Origin: Octopus vulgaris | Lineage: Eukaryota | Assembly: GCA_951406725.2 (NCBI GenBank) | Contig: OX597814.1 | Span: 120,032,001 to 120,096,000, forward strand | Length of the DNA: 64,000 nucleotides | Direction of reading: 5' to 3' | Shown: positions 14,222 through 27,354 of the stretch, one piece after another | How positions within the stretch are numbered: position 1 is the first letter of the stretch | How the letters are laid out: each line of letters opens with the position of its first letter | Made by a program: the position numbers and the translations under genes | The notes under the pieces: generated by a model | Seen by the model: the letters and a program-made list of their open reading frames with translations, nothing else | What the model was told of the DNA's origin: nothing | Databases searched by the model: none

Positions 14222-15740
14222 TCTCCCAGTATTCTCTCTGCATAATGTATTTTCTATCATTGAGCTGCCACATCAGAATATTGTTTTATTAGAGATACTA
14301 AGATACACCAGTTGTAAAATATATTATCTTTGTTAATACGACTAAATAATCCGCAGACAAATCATTGATTCTATTATTACATTGACTGTATTAAGTCAGT
14401 AATGTGACATCCTAATATTCTCGTTATTTAATGCCCCATCACGTACTTATCATTGAGATGGTCGCATTAAATATGTAATATACACTCGTTAAAATCTACA
14501 ATACGGTCTCTGCTCAAATATATCACGGTTCATTTAAGCTGACATATATTAAATTATACATTCACTAATTATTTTATATCATTGCTGTGACAAGAAAGGG
14601 AAGGCAGTGTGATAATATAACATTTACCGCAAAATTTAGTTAGTTCCATTCACGTTTATAATTCTAAATTAACTTCTAGACATTTAAGGCATAATACAGG
14701 GCTCCATAAATTACCTTTTCAATTTGAAAAGTTTAGAAAAAATTAGAATAACGGCAACTCAAAAGGAGGCGTGTAACCAATTGGGTATACATGGAAGCGT
14801 TCTGATGTGACTAATAAAACTTGGTTTGTCTCCGTTTTCCAATAAGCTCTGTCGAGTTTTCCTCATTACTTTATTCTGATTTTTTCAAATTCTAAAGGTA
14901 AATTCACGGACACGTATTATTCCAATCTGAGAAATCCTGATATAAGCTTCATTCGACCTTTTTCTTCCTTCAGTATATATCTTAATAAAGTAAGCGTGCG
15001 TTTGCCTGTCCCCACATATCCCTTTAATACACTTGATCTCAACCATTAATCGGTTGGAAATTTTTGTGAAGAGAAAAGACAAGTTAAAAAAATGATTACA
15101 AAATATGTCCATGTATCTTCGTTAGGACACAATTAAGTTATAAATATTGAATACATGTTAGTGAAACAATCCTCAGCGGTTTCGTTTCCCTGTTAAATAG
15201 AACGACGATCTGTATCACGTAGTACTTTGTATTCCCAATAGAGTCAAATTGTTATATCGGGTAACAGCTGATATGTCGGGGAGAAATGACAGACGGCTGA
15301 GAATTGAAAGCATATCGAGAAGGGTGACACATATCTGCGTAATCATAATCAGCAATACAACCACTATTAAATATATCTCTAATGTGATACCTACGGAATA
15401 AATTACGCAAATGTATTTTTTGAAACGAAGAAATATTCCTGTGATAACAAGGAGAAAATCAAATAATAATCCGTACATCAGAAGAATAGGGAAGAAATTT
15501 CATTTTATTTGCTAAAGAACATTTTGATGTAGTATGACTAAAGACAGGATACACCAAAAGGCTATGCTTCGATGTACATGACAGCGGACTGTTTTTGTTC
15601 ATGACAATTTCAGAATTTACTGAATAAACTTGTACAGAGGAGAAAAAAAAACATACATCCACCAATGTCGGGTTGAGTGGTCATTCTCATCGTTCCACGT
15701 GTGGTCTTTTTTTTCCTTAAAGCCTGTTTCAATTATATGC

Positions 15741-15821
<81 letters not shown>

Positions 15822-15907
15822 ATTTAGTTTATGATTTGGTTTATGTCTATCATTGTTTGAATTGCATAATAAAGTTTTTGTCCCTAATTTATATTATATA
15901 TATATCT

Positions 15908-15950
<43 letters not shown>

Positions 15951-16663
15951 TGACTATCTAACTCTGTTTTCATTCCTCTCTTAATATCTATTATTTATAT
16001 GAAAAACTTGCAGTTAAATTTATTGTAAGCCTAATAATGCCATATCCCTCCTGTTGTGCGGAGGGATATGGTACACAATGTGTCTCATAATTGCTGTTTT
16101 TTCAATATGTAAAAATGATTTTAACAATTTTTCATGCACCATCTTAGGAGGTTAATTATATCAATATATAAATGGAGAAAACATGAATAGGAATCAGTCA
16201 CAAAGTTTATTCATACTGTTTATATCTTTTTTTTCTTTTCTTCATTCGAATGCGAGACAGATTTCCTTAACTCTTTGATGAAAAATACTGTAAATTCTAT
16301 TGTTTATTAAATAACACAAAATTCTATTATGCTGCTACGAGATAACAATTATCACAGCATATGATAAGAGAAACGCCTGAGTTTGCAGTTAAAAAGTATT
16401 ACGTAAAGAGTTTGCATTGTAAGGTAATATTAGCTCTGTTGATTTTTATGGATAATGAATAATAGAGAATAATATATCTGTGATAACATTTATGTCTGAT
16501 CAAAGATGAAGATCTGCTTTATTAAAGTATAACACTATAATAAATACAAATATCACAATATTTGACTAATGCCTGATGCTGAGTGGAAGAATGTTTACAA
16601 CCAAATATAGCTTCACACGAATATGTGAACGATATCCCACGTTATCCCTCTTAAAATATCTCG

Positions 16664-16776
<113 letters not shown>

Positions 16777-17376
16777 CATGGTTGTATATATTTATGCGTG
16801 GGTTTATATGTATATCATTATATAGAGAGAAATGCGTGTGTATATGTGTGTAATAGTGTGCCTGTATTCGTGTGAATATTCGTATGCATCTGAATTTGTA
16901 TGCGTATATAGATTCGTGAATATGGAGTCAGAGATACAGAGAAATAATTTCCTTCAGATTGTCGCCAGACTAGTGCAACGCTTTGTGATATAGAAGATAA
17001 CATCGTAACAACGAATATGCTATTGTATTCACCTTAATAAGATAAAAGCAAATCACAGCTGAACAAGTTTTATAACTCAATACATAGCAAAGTAATACTT
17101 GGTTTATATTGAGTGTGATATGCGTTAACTTTTACGTAAGTAAACACACACACACACTCACGCACAAAAACACACCTGCGCGCACTTACAGACATTCACA
17201 CTGACGTTACAACGAATATAGACGAAGACAGACGGCGGTAGAGACAGGCATTGGGAGCGAAAGACTACAAGAGTGAGAAACAGGGAGAGGCAGAGTGAGT
17301 GAGTGGTATATATGCACACATACATATACACATACATATATACATACATATATACATACATACAGACAGACAGACA

Positions 17377-17452
<76 letters not shown>

Positions 17453-17663
17453 CATATACGATTGCATAATCGTAATGAAGATGAAAGGAAATAAGACTAT
17501 TTCATACAAAATATTTAATATCTATAAAGCTGAAAGATCAGAATTCATTTTTCCCCTTTTCGTATAATATATAGGCTCCCTGACTTTTGTTTTCGCAATT
17601 AACGGACTCGTTGTCATAAATCCATTTACATTTGGGCTTCTCTCAATATCTGATAAATATATA

Positions 17664-17703
<40 letters not shown>

Positions 17704-17708
17704 CAGAG

Positions 17709-17799
<91 letters not shown>

Positions 17800-18358
17800 T
17801 CAGCTCGGAGCTAAAGTAAAATGTAAAGGTTCGTATAAGCTTCGTTGTGTTAAGTACTGGTTGTCACAAAAGTTTTAAAGTACATATATACATTCTTAGA
17901 TAATGATAAGAACATGTTAAAAACAGATATTTCCTTGTAAACTGTTTTTAACATTTCCTTATTATTATCAAATGCGGTCATAATTATATCTATATTAGTG
18001 TTTTATATAGTAACATAAGCCTTTCTAAACTGGTACACAGTTTCTATTCTGTGTCCTAAAAATTTATGTTAGCTCTATAAACAACACCAAGTCCGCAACG
18101 GTTTTCCGGGATTGCAAACGCATACGCTTCAAGGTGTGTGTTAGTAATCCGATTGTTGGTCCATGATATACAGCATTGGTTATCAATATTACATGGTCTT
18201 CTGCTGTTATACGTTCAACCTTTCATCTGATGGTACGTTACTGTTGCGTCATGCGATATCTTTGGGAATGTATTCAAGGTTATCAGACAAGGAATATTGT
18301 CCCAGGAGCTACTTTCCAACTTTCATGATGTTATCTACCTAGTGTGTGCAGGCTTCTC

Positions 18359-18389
<31 letters not shown>

Positions 18390-18626
18390 TGTATGTATGT
18401 ATGTATGTATGTATGTATGTATGTATGTATGTATGTATGTATGTTTGTATGTATGTATGTATGTATGTATGTATGAATGTATTTATGCATGTTGCATGTA
18501 TGTATCAGTATGTATGGTGTGCATATATATATATCCCCACGCATGCACAAGCATACACAAACACACGCACATACACATATATGCATATATATTTATGTAT
18601 TTATCTATATATGTATGTATGCATGA

Positions 18627-18673
<47 letters not shown>

Positions 18674-18948
18674 CGTGTGAGTGTGTGCGTGTGTGTGTAC
18701 CTGGTGTTCGCTGAATTTTATCTGGAGAACATTCTTTCTTTGTAGTTAGATCGTATGTGATCTTCTTCTAACGTATTGGTTATCCACCTAGTGGTTTATC
18801 CCTAAATATACACATATATTGAAACTTTATCTGATTTTTCAGATTTGTTATATATGCTAGGTTATTGGTTTTAAATTGATATTAATTAAATTAATATTCA
18901 ATTTATCTCCCTCATTATTTAAATATAAGCTTAAGTAATACTTTATAT

Positions 18949-19140
18949 TTAGGGTTCAGCAAAGATTTGCTTCACCACATACCGAATGTTAGAAATAGCA
19001 GTCAAAAAATCTTAGCTATTCCTTCTACTTTAAAGGGGCTCTGCTGGGAGCCTCTTTTAAAGTAGAAGGAATAGCTAAGATTTTTTGACTGCTATTTCTA
19101 AAATTCGGTATGTGGTGAAGCACATCTTTGCTGAACCCTA

Positions 19141-19142
<2 letters not shown>
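18949..19142. repeat. Fold-back palindrome, ~93-bp arms, 6-nt loop
   Basis: ttagggttcagcaaagat...ggggctc-TGCTGG-gagcctc...atctttgctgaaccctaa with few mismatches; abuts (TA)n. Confidence 0.9.
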
Positions 19143-19173
<31 letters not shown>

Positions 19174-19342
19174 ACAAAAGGGACATTAGCCATTTGAATG
19201 TGGCTAGGGACAGGGCAGGGCGGTGGGGGTGTTACTGTTGCATTTAGCCCCAGGCGAACATCACGTCACCAGCAAGGCTTGACACCATCACGGCGTCCTC
19301 TATCCTGCAAAGGGAGATCATCCACCGAAGAAGCGGAAGCCA

Positions 19343-19387
19343 CATACGGACCCAGGTTTCGAGGTGTTTGCCTCTCGTCAACGTATG
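19343..19387 (-). ncRNA. Type I hammerhead ribozyme (U3.G8 core)
   Basis: CAUACG-UUGACGA-GAGG(CAAACA)CCUC-GAAACCUGGGUC-CGUAUG: perfect 6-bp stem I and 4-bp stem II, GUC triplet. Confidence 0.85.
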
Positions 19388-19700
19388 GTAGGCACCGCCC
19401 TTCGACGAACGACTCTCTGTGCAGAATATTTATATATAGATTTTCACGTAAATACATTTACTGATTTCGAAAATCTGTTCGACAGCAATAATAATTCTCT
19501 AAACGAGATATAGACAGTAACTGCTCCATAACAAAAGGGACATTAGCCATTTGAATGTGGCTAGGGACAGGGCAGGGCGGTGGGGGTGTTACTGTTGCAT
19601 TTAGCCCCAGGCGAACATCAACGTCACCAGAAAGGCTTGACACCATCACGGCGTCCTCTATCCTGCAAAGGGAGATCATCCACCGAAGAAGCGGAAGCCA

Positions 19701-19745
19701 CATACGGACCCAGGTTTCGAGGTGTTTGCCTCTCGTCAACGTATG
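19701..19745 (-). ncRNA. Type I hammerhead ribozyme (second unit, identical)
   Basis: Same sequence 358 nt away. A third copy at 20059-20086 is truncated in loop II. Confidence 0.85.
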
Positions 19746-20132
19746 GTAGGCACCGCCCTTCGACGAACGACTCTCTGTGCAGAATATTTATATATAGATT
19801 TTCACGTAAATACATTTACTGATTTCGAAAATCTGTTCGACAGCAATAATAATTCTCTAAACGAGATATAGACAGTAACTGCTCCATAACAAAAGGGACA
19901 TTAGCCATTTGAATGTGGCTAGGGACAGGGCAGAGCGGTGGGGGTGTTACTGTTGCATTTAGCCCCAGGCGAACATCAACGTCACCAGAAAGGCTTGACA
20001 CCATCACGGCGTCCTCTATCCTGCAAAGGGAGATCATCCACCGAAGAAGCGGAAGCCACATACGGACCCAGGTTTCGAGGTGTTTGTTATGGAGCAGTTA
20101 CTGCCTATATCTCGTTTAGAGAATTATTATTG

Positions 20133-20180
<48 letters not shown>

Positions 20181-20894
20181 GTATACTCAGCAATACCAAC
20201 GAAAAGGCACTGGGCACAAATGTATGTTGGAAAATAATTCAGGTGTCTAAGTATGAGCAGCCTCTCCCATAATTACAATAAGATAATTTTATATAAGAAC
20301 AGTTATATGAAGAACTCCTTCGAGAAAAAGTAAAAAAGACGTAATAATGTCTTATGGTTATAAATAGATTGAAAGAGATATGATCTAAGAAAATAAAAAG
20401 AATGAGAAGAGGAAAATACAAATAAGTTGCAGAGGAAGAATGTGAAGGAACCTCGCCTCCACTTTCACTGATGTAGAAACTTATCTTCCAGTAGAGAGAA
20501 TTAAAAACATAAAATCAACGCGAGTTCCTCGAGTTAAAATAATCAATTATATTTTCTTTATACTTTGACTTGTTGGAAATAAGAGCAGCTAATCCTGTGA
20601 GCGAGCAAATCGATTTTTCAGTTTGTTTTTGCTATCAAGTTTAAAGTCATTCTGGATCAATGTCTTTAGCCCTGGCGCTTATAGTTTTTGTGTCACTTCT
20701 CTTAAATTCCGATCCGCTTTCTCTCTGGTTGCATTTTAGTTTTAAAATGTATTGGTTTCTTTTGAAGTGTCATCCATATATATACTATAGAACTAAGAAA
20801 GCGATTTTGTGAAATGGGAAAATTTCGAAGCCTATATGATAAAACTTTTATACACATTTCAACTTCCAGCGCAAATTCAAAACCGATGCTGAGC

Positions 20895-21028
20895 GTAATC
20901 TTATGGTAAAAATATTGCTTCTCAACATAGCGCCGGGTGCCACATTGTTCAATTGAACAAGTGTCTTCTGCTATAGCCACAGGCTGACCAAAGCCTTGTG
21001 ACTGGATTTCGTGGACGAAAACTGAAAG

Positions 21029-21030
<2 letters not shown>
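20895..21030 (+). mobile_element. SINE family A, 5' part, decayed
   Basis: caagtgtcttctgctatagcc...ccaaagccttgtgactggattt...gacgaaaactgaaaga followed by (TA)n(TG)n. Confidence 0.7.
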
Positions 21031-21111
<81 letters not shown>

Positions 21112-21122
21112 CGCGTGTGTGC

Positions 21123-21154
<32 letters not shown>

Positions 21155-21159
<5 letters not shown>

Positions 21160-21275
21160 CTCCTGGGCTACAAGCCACAGTAGCATCCACCCTTAGTGGT
21201 TAGCCACATTTAGGTGAGAAATATACTTCACGTTGTCGTGCAGCCACTGATTATACCTCGTTCAGAGATTTATTA
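21155..21275 (+). mobile_element. Fragment of the diverged retrozyme relative
   Basis: Reverse complement aligns with 22180-22300. Confidence 0.75.
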
Positions 21276-21326
21276 TATATATACATATGAATGTATCTAT
21301 GTGTGCATGTCTTTACGTGTATGTTT

Positions 21327-21730
21327 AGGCGCAGGAGTGGCTGTGTGGTAAGTAGCTTGCTAACCAACCACATGGTTCCGGGTTCAGTCCCACTGCGTGG
21401 CATCTTGGGCAAGTGTATTCTGCTATAGCACCGGGCCAACCAATGCCTTGAGTGTGGATTTGGAAGACGGAAACTGAAAGAAGCCTGTCGAATATATGTA
21501 TATATATATATGTGTGTGTGTTTGTGTGTATGTGTTTGTCCTCCTAGCATTGCTTGACAACCGAAGCTGGTGTGTTTACAACCCCGTCACTTAGCGGTTC
21601 GGCAAAAGAGATCGATAGAATAAGTACTGGGCTTACAAAGAATAAGTCCCGGGGTCGATTTGCTCGACTAAAGGCGGTGCTCCAGCATGGCCACAGTCAA
21701 ATGACTGAAAAAAGTAAAAGAATAAAATAG
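21327..21730 (+). mobile_element. Full-length tRNA-derived SINE family A (CORE-like body, internal microsatellite, LINE-derived tail)
   Basis: A box tggctgtgtgg, B box ggttcagtccc, cttgggcaagt block, internal (TA)(TG), tail ggcggtgctccagcatggccacagtcaaatgactgaaa. Confidence 0.9.
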
Positions 21731-22179
21731 AAAAAAGAAAACCGCTTAACAACCGGTGTTGCTGTGTTTACGACCCCATGATTTAGTGTTTCTGCAAAAG
21801 AGACCGATAAAATAAATACCATACTTTAAAGAAACAAGTCTCTCACACGATTAAAATCCTTCAGCGTGGGTCTCAGCATGGTTGCAGTGAATGCTTGTAG
21901 CGATGTATTAAATGTTCATAACTTCTGTCCAAGGATTATTGTTATCAATATTATTATAATGTGGAACCTACTTTATAAAGGTACAGTGCAATGCAGTTCC
22001 ACCACAAAAAAATAAATAAATAAAAACAACTGGTTCACTAGTTATCATCATTTTAAAATGGCTGGCATAATAAAATAGGAGATTATTTTGCATATATGTA
22101 AGTACGTATGTACGTACGTATGTATGTATGTATGTATGTATGTATATATTGCTTTAAATTTTAACAAATTCAAAATATG

Positions 22180-22450
22180 ATAAATCTCTGAACGAGGTAT
22201 TAACAGTAACAATACGACATCGTGAAGTATATTTACCCCCTGAATGTGGCTAATCCTTAAGGGTGGATGCTACTGTTGCTTATAGCCCCAGGAGGACACC
22301 TCCTCCAGCTTGCTATTGACACACTTTCTGTGCCCTATCGGTATTTGCAAAGCGAAGTCATCTTTGTCATCTCCAGCTTGACGTAATACACACGGAACCT
22401 AGTTTCTGGCTATTGATCCGTCATCTGCGCGTGACAGCCACCGGTTGGCA
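22180..22450 (-). mobile_element. Diverged relative of the 358-bp retrozyme unit with decayed HHR
   Basis: Collinear blocks aacgag.tat..acagtaac, tgaatgtggcta, tactgttgc...tagccccagg, tgcaaag.g...tcatc. HHR relic CACGCG-CAGAUGA-CGG...CCA-GAAACUAGGUUC-CGUGUG at 22389-22433. Confidence 0.75.
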
Positions 22451-23461
22451 ATGGAAGTGGTTCTTAATGCAAATATATATACTTTTTCCAGTGACGAAAT
22501 GTCACTGATCTCGTGTTCTCTACTACGTTTTTGTTATATGCGTGTATATGTACATGTAAAGGTAGGTACGTACATATATGTTTGTATATATGCATATGTT
22601 TTATTTATTAATATATTATATGACGAAACGCACGCATCCCTTTTTAAGTAAGATTGTTCTTGATATTAAGTTTTGTTCTTGATATTAACTTTGATGCGCA
22701 CTCTTAACCTTTCTGTCCCATCCCTTTCTCAGCCTCCATTCTTTGATTTCCTTTTCCTCTACTTAACTTGTCTCTCCATCTCTCTCATTCTTCACTGTCT
22801 CTCTCCCCCTCTCTGTCTCCCCCTCTCTCATTCTTCATGGTTTCCTCACAACCATTCCCCTTCTTCTCTCCCTTTCTCTTGCTCCTCCTCCCCCCTCCCG
22901 TCGTTGACCCGCGACGAGACTTCCACTACTGTTTTTCTAGCCTATCCCTCTCGAGGTGTGGACGGCAATTCTTTTTGCTCCGTTCGTCGTTCACAAAAAA
23001 AAATCCGCGTTCGTAATACTTTTTTTCGTTCGGCGTTAACAGCCCTTCTTATCTTGTTTTTCCTTGTCGTCTTTTACTGTTTATAATTTGTACTGTCGTT
23101 ACTGTCCTGTTTTTGTTACCATTTTTTACCCCTCTGCGAAAAGATCTCAAAATTTTAATTGAATTGCTTTTCGTAGGAAGGAAAGTTTCTTGTCGAAGAT
23201 ACGTCTCACTTTCACCTTTGAAACGTAGAGTAGATGAAACCATAGCGACTGAAGAAGGGTTTTTTTCTTTGTGTTAATTGTCCTGTACTCTATTTTTTTG
23301 TTGTTTAAAAAAATGTCCAGTTCCTTGGGTTTGTGACTATGTTTTCGTTTCTCATTGTGTTCGACCTCTTTTTGGTGTCCTGTACTCATATATGCGTGTA
23401 TATGTACATGTAGAGGTAAGTACGTACATATATGTTTATATATATGCATATGTTTTATTTA

Positions 23462-23527
<66 letters not shown>

Positions 23528-24996
23528 TATGTGTGTATGTCTGTGTTTGTACCCCACGACTACTTGACAACAAGTATTGGTGTGATTACGTACCCTAAAA
23601 CAACGGTTCGAAACGAGGTATTAATGGAAAAATAGCTGGCTTAGACACTAAATACATACCTCTCACTTTCTCTTTAACACCCACACACATATACTCACAA
23701 CCTTCTAGTACACGCGTACTTGTAGATGTATACAAACATGCAGAGACATATATAATACTTGGGGTCGATTCATTTAAGACGGTGCCACAGCATGACCACA
23801 GTCTCATGAATGAAACAAGTAAAAGATAAAAGATATTTATACAATTATATAATTGTGTATACGTAATTTTATGTGTTCTTTTACAAGATTTTCTGTGTGC
23901 ATGTGGTGGGTGTATATGATTTTGTAAGCCCATGTATGTATATATATTTGCATGAATATCGATGTATATATTCAGAATGTGACAAGTAAGACGTATATAA
24001 AATATGAAGAACAACACAACAATGAAAATGTTAATTAAATTGTCGAATATTTTTTTTTAAATGCACATTTTAAGATTAAATAAACTGCATCAACAAGACA
24101 ATATTAGTACTATAAACAATGTATTTTCATCAAAATGTACCCAAGTTGTATATACTAGAACGGCTCTGTAAGATAGAAATTGCTGATCCGAAACAAAAGC
24201 TAATCAATTATACGGAAAAAAAATTGTCAGACAGATTTATATAGGAATTAAATAAACACCTCCCCACATCAAAGCACATTGAAGCTGTCAGCAAATATAT
24301 AACGTGACAATAATCGAGTGAAATTATATTATAAAACTAATTACAGTGTTCTAATTAGGATAAGTATATACACAGAATCGTACACAACTACCCACTGTCA
24401 GACATTATGCAAACAATGTCTTCGCATGTTCAAACTAAGCGTTGAAAGTATAAATCTATCAGTCTCAAAGGACCTGCGAATGGAATTGGAGCGGTTTCTA
24501 TCTCTCCTGAGGAAATCATATCCTACCTCTCTCTTTCTCTTTAACACACACACGCACGCATAGACTCACAACCTTCTAGTACACGCGTACTTGTAGATGT
24601 ATACAAACATGCGAGGACATTAATAATTTGATATAATGAACTAGTATTTATCCATAACATTTAAACAAATTAATTATACATGTTTGTATTTTAATTAATT
24701 GTTCTATAAATGCTGACGCTTATGTTATAACTGTTGAAAGCTATAGACAGAAGTGAAAGAGCTGTGAAATATATTTAGATCTTACGCACACACACATATT
24801 TCTGTAGGATAATGGCTAACAATAAGACTGAGTACACATCACTGTATTTGATGGATAAATAGTATTATTTGTTGATTAATAAACTACCAGTTGACTAATA
24901 TTCTTAAGTCTCCTGGGGTGTGGTACAGCAGCATGGCCGCAGTCAAATGACTGAAACAAGGAAAAGCAGAAGGATAAAAGAATACGTTTATATATG

Positions 24997-25083
<87 letters not shown>

Positions 25084-25299
25084 GCACACACACACATATA
25101 TACAGATATATATGTGTGTGTGTGACCTTGTGTGTTTGTGCATACTGTTTTACAGCCACCGTTTTCTTACGAGTTTGTATATATGCCAACAATATTTTAA
25201 GTGTTAGTAAGCTTACGTATGTTTATATAGAGACAGGCAAACATACATAAAAACACGCGCACACTCACACCTACACCCACCGCCCCAATATATATATTC

Positions 25300-26120
25300 T
25301 ATTCTTCTTCGTTTCAGTCATTTGGATGTGTCCATGATGGAGGACCTCCTAAAAGAGTTATATTCGAAGAAATCGGCTCCATGACTCATTCTTTGTAAGC
25401 CTGGTACTCATTGTATAGGTTGTCTTGGCAGAACCGCTATGTTACGTGGACCTAAACATACCAGCATCGTTTGTGAAGCGACAGTTGGTGGAAGAAGCGA
25501 ACACAAACATACACAATTACACACAAACACACATATACGACGGTCAATGGCCTTGTGAGTGGATTTGACAGTAGGTGACCTATTTCTTTACTACCCACAA
25601 AGGGTTAAACACAGAGAGGACAAACAAGGACAGACAATCGGATTAAGTCGATTATATAGACCCCAGTGCGTGACTGGTACTTATTTAATCGACCCCGAAA
25701 GGATGAAAGGCAAAGTCGACCTGGGCGGAATTTGAACTCAGAACGTAGCGGCAGACGAAATACCTATTTCTTTATTACCCACACAGGGCTAAACATAGAG
25801 GGGACAAACAAGGACAGACATAGGTATTAAGTCGATTACATCGACCCCAGTGCGTAACTGGTACTTAATTTATCAACCCCGAAAGGATGAAAGGCAAAGT
25901 CGACCTCGGCAGAATTTGAACTCACAACGTAAGGCAGACGAAATACCGCTAAGCATTTCGCCTGGCGCGCTAACGTTTCTGCCAGCTCGCCGCCTTGATT
26001 TGGCAGAAGGTGACCGTCTACCAAATCCACTCAAAAAGATTTGAACGGCACAAGGCCATGCTAGAAAACATGCTGTGGAACTGAACTCGGAACCATATAG
26101 CAAACACCTTACCACAGATC
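25300..26120 (-). mobile_element. Decayed SINE A interrupted by a SINE B dimer
   Basis: SINE A tail 25300-25545 and head 26016-26120 flank the insertion at 25581-25996. Confidence 0.7.
25581..25996 (-). mobile_element. SINE family B dimer with ~19-bp target-site duplication
   Basis: Two head-to-tail bodies (gtcgactttgcctttcatcctttcggggtcgat domain). Flanks gatttgacagtaggtgacc (25562-25580) and gatttggcagaaggtgacc (25997-26015). Confidence 0.9.
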
Positions 26121-26214
26121 CACACACACACACACACACATATATATACATGCATATATATATATGTGTATGTATATATATATGTATATATATATATATG
26201 TTTATATATATATG

Positions 26215-26247
<33 letters not shown>

Positions 26248-26252
26248 GTGTG

Positions 26253-26528
26253 CGTACTGTTCTGTCTGGGGAGAGACATTCTCTTTTGTTTTCTTATAAT
26301 TTAACACACTCACCGGTAAAATTTCTACGTATTTCTTTTTTAGTTTTCTAAAATTTTCGTTGCGTCTTCCAAACTTTCAAATAGTCTTCACTCACAAAAC
26401 TATAGAAAAGACGCAATGGGAATTTTAGAAAAATGAAAAAAAGAAATAAGTGGAAATTTTACCGGTGGGTGAGTTAAATTATAAGGCACCAAAAGAGAAT
26501 GACTCTACCCAGACGCAACAGAATATGC
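26253..26528. repeat. Diverged fold-back palindrome with HHR-like relic near the centre
   Basis: tctggggagagacattctctttt...cttataatttaacacactcaccggtaaaattt...ttgcgtctt versus aagacgcaa...aaattttaccggtgggtgagttaaattataagg...aaaagagaatgactctacccaga. Related pieces at 28244-28319 and 54605-54650. Confidence 0.85.
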
Positions 26529-26565
26529 TTCAACACACGAACACACATAAAGAGTCTTGCAAACG

Positions 26566-26610
<45 letters not shown>

Positions 26611-26616
26611 TGTATG

Positions 26617-26649
<33 letters not shown>

Positions 26650-26718
26650 GTATATATATATGTAAATATATATATATGCACAAACACACACACACACATA
26701 TATATATATTTACATATA

Positions 26719-26777
<59 letters not shown>

Positions 26778-27354
26778 TTATGTATGTATGGAAGTATGTA
26801 TTTATATATGTGTTTGCATGTGTCTGCTTGAGTTTCATTGTGTGTGAAATTCAGGATCGTTAATGAATATGTACAACTGTAGAAAATGCAAGAAAATTCA
26901 AATCTGATTATATTCAAGAATATATCTAATATTCTATAAACATTTCAAACGCTTTGTCTTATTACAAAGAGTAGTGCAGCATATAAGATTTTAGTGTATG
27001 TATTAAAGAAATACACAATATTTCTAAGATTAAATTAACAACAGGAAAGATTATAATATACCCATTTGAGGCAGTTACTCCTTAGTAATGCATAAGCTTG
27101 TGAATTAAATTTATAGAACCAGATTTTGAGAATCTATTGTTTTCTGCTTACTTATAACTTCCGACCGATGCATTATTAGCAAAGTATTATAGAAGTGGTC
27201 TCTTTCTTTCCTTAACTCTGATTCAAATTATACAATGGCTTTCAAACGTTATTTACAAAATTTGCTACGTCAACGGTAATGATATTAAACTAACTTTCTC
27301 AGATGCCAACTACTTGGATGGAGTGTAAATGATTTACGTGTTTCTGTATATAAT

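Larger units (their letters stand above)
19171..20133 (-). mobile_element. Non-LTR retrozyme-like tandem array: ~2.55 copies of a 358-bp unit plus an inverted terminal segment
   Basis: Units start at 19171, 19528 and 19886 and are nearly identical. Each carries an HHR on the minus strand. 20083-20133 is an inverted copy of part of the unit. (TA)n on both flanks. Confidence 0.9.

Noticed and set aside
19555-19615. Plus-strand resemblance to the pistol ribozyme (GUGG.UAGGG...GUUGC...AGCCC.A.GCG)
   Set aside because: The P1 stem cannot form and the sister copies do not keep the pseudoknot-forming bases.
19198-20237. Repeated 60-99 aa ORFs in the 358-bp array; possible CRISPR-like array
   Set aside because: No recognisable domain, an indel between units breaks the frames, and whole units are identical with no unique spacers.
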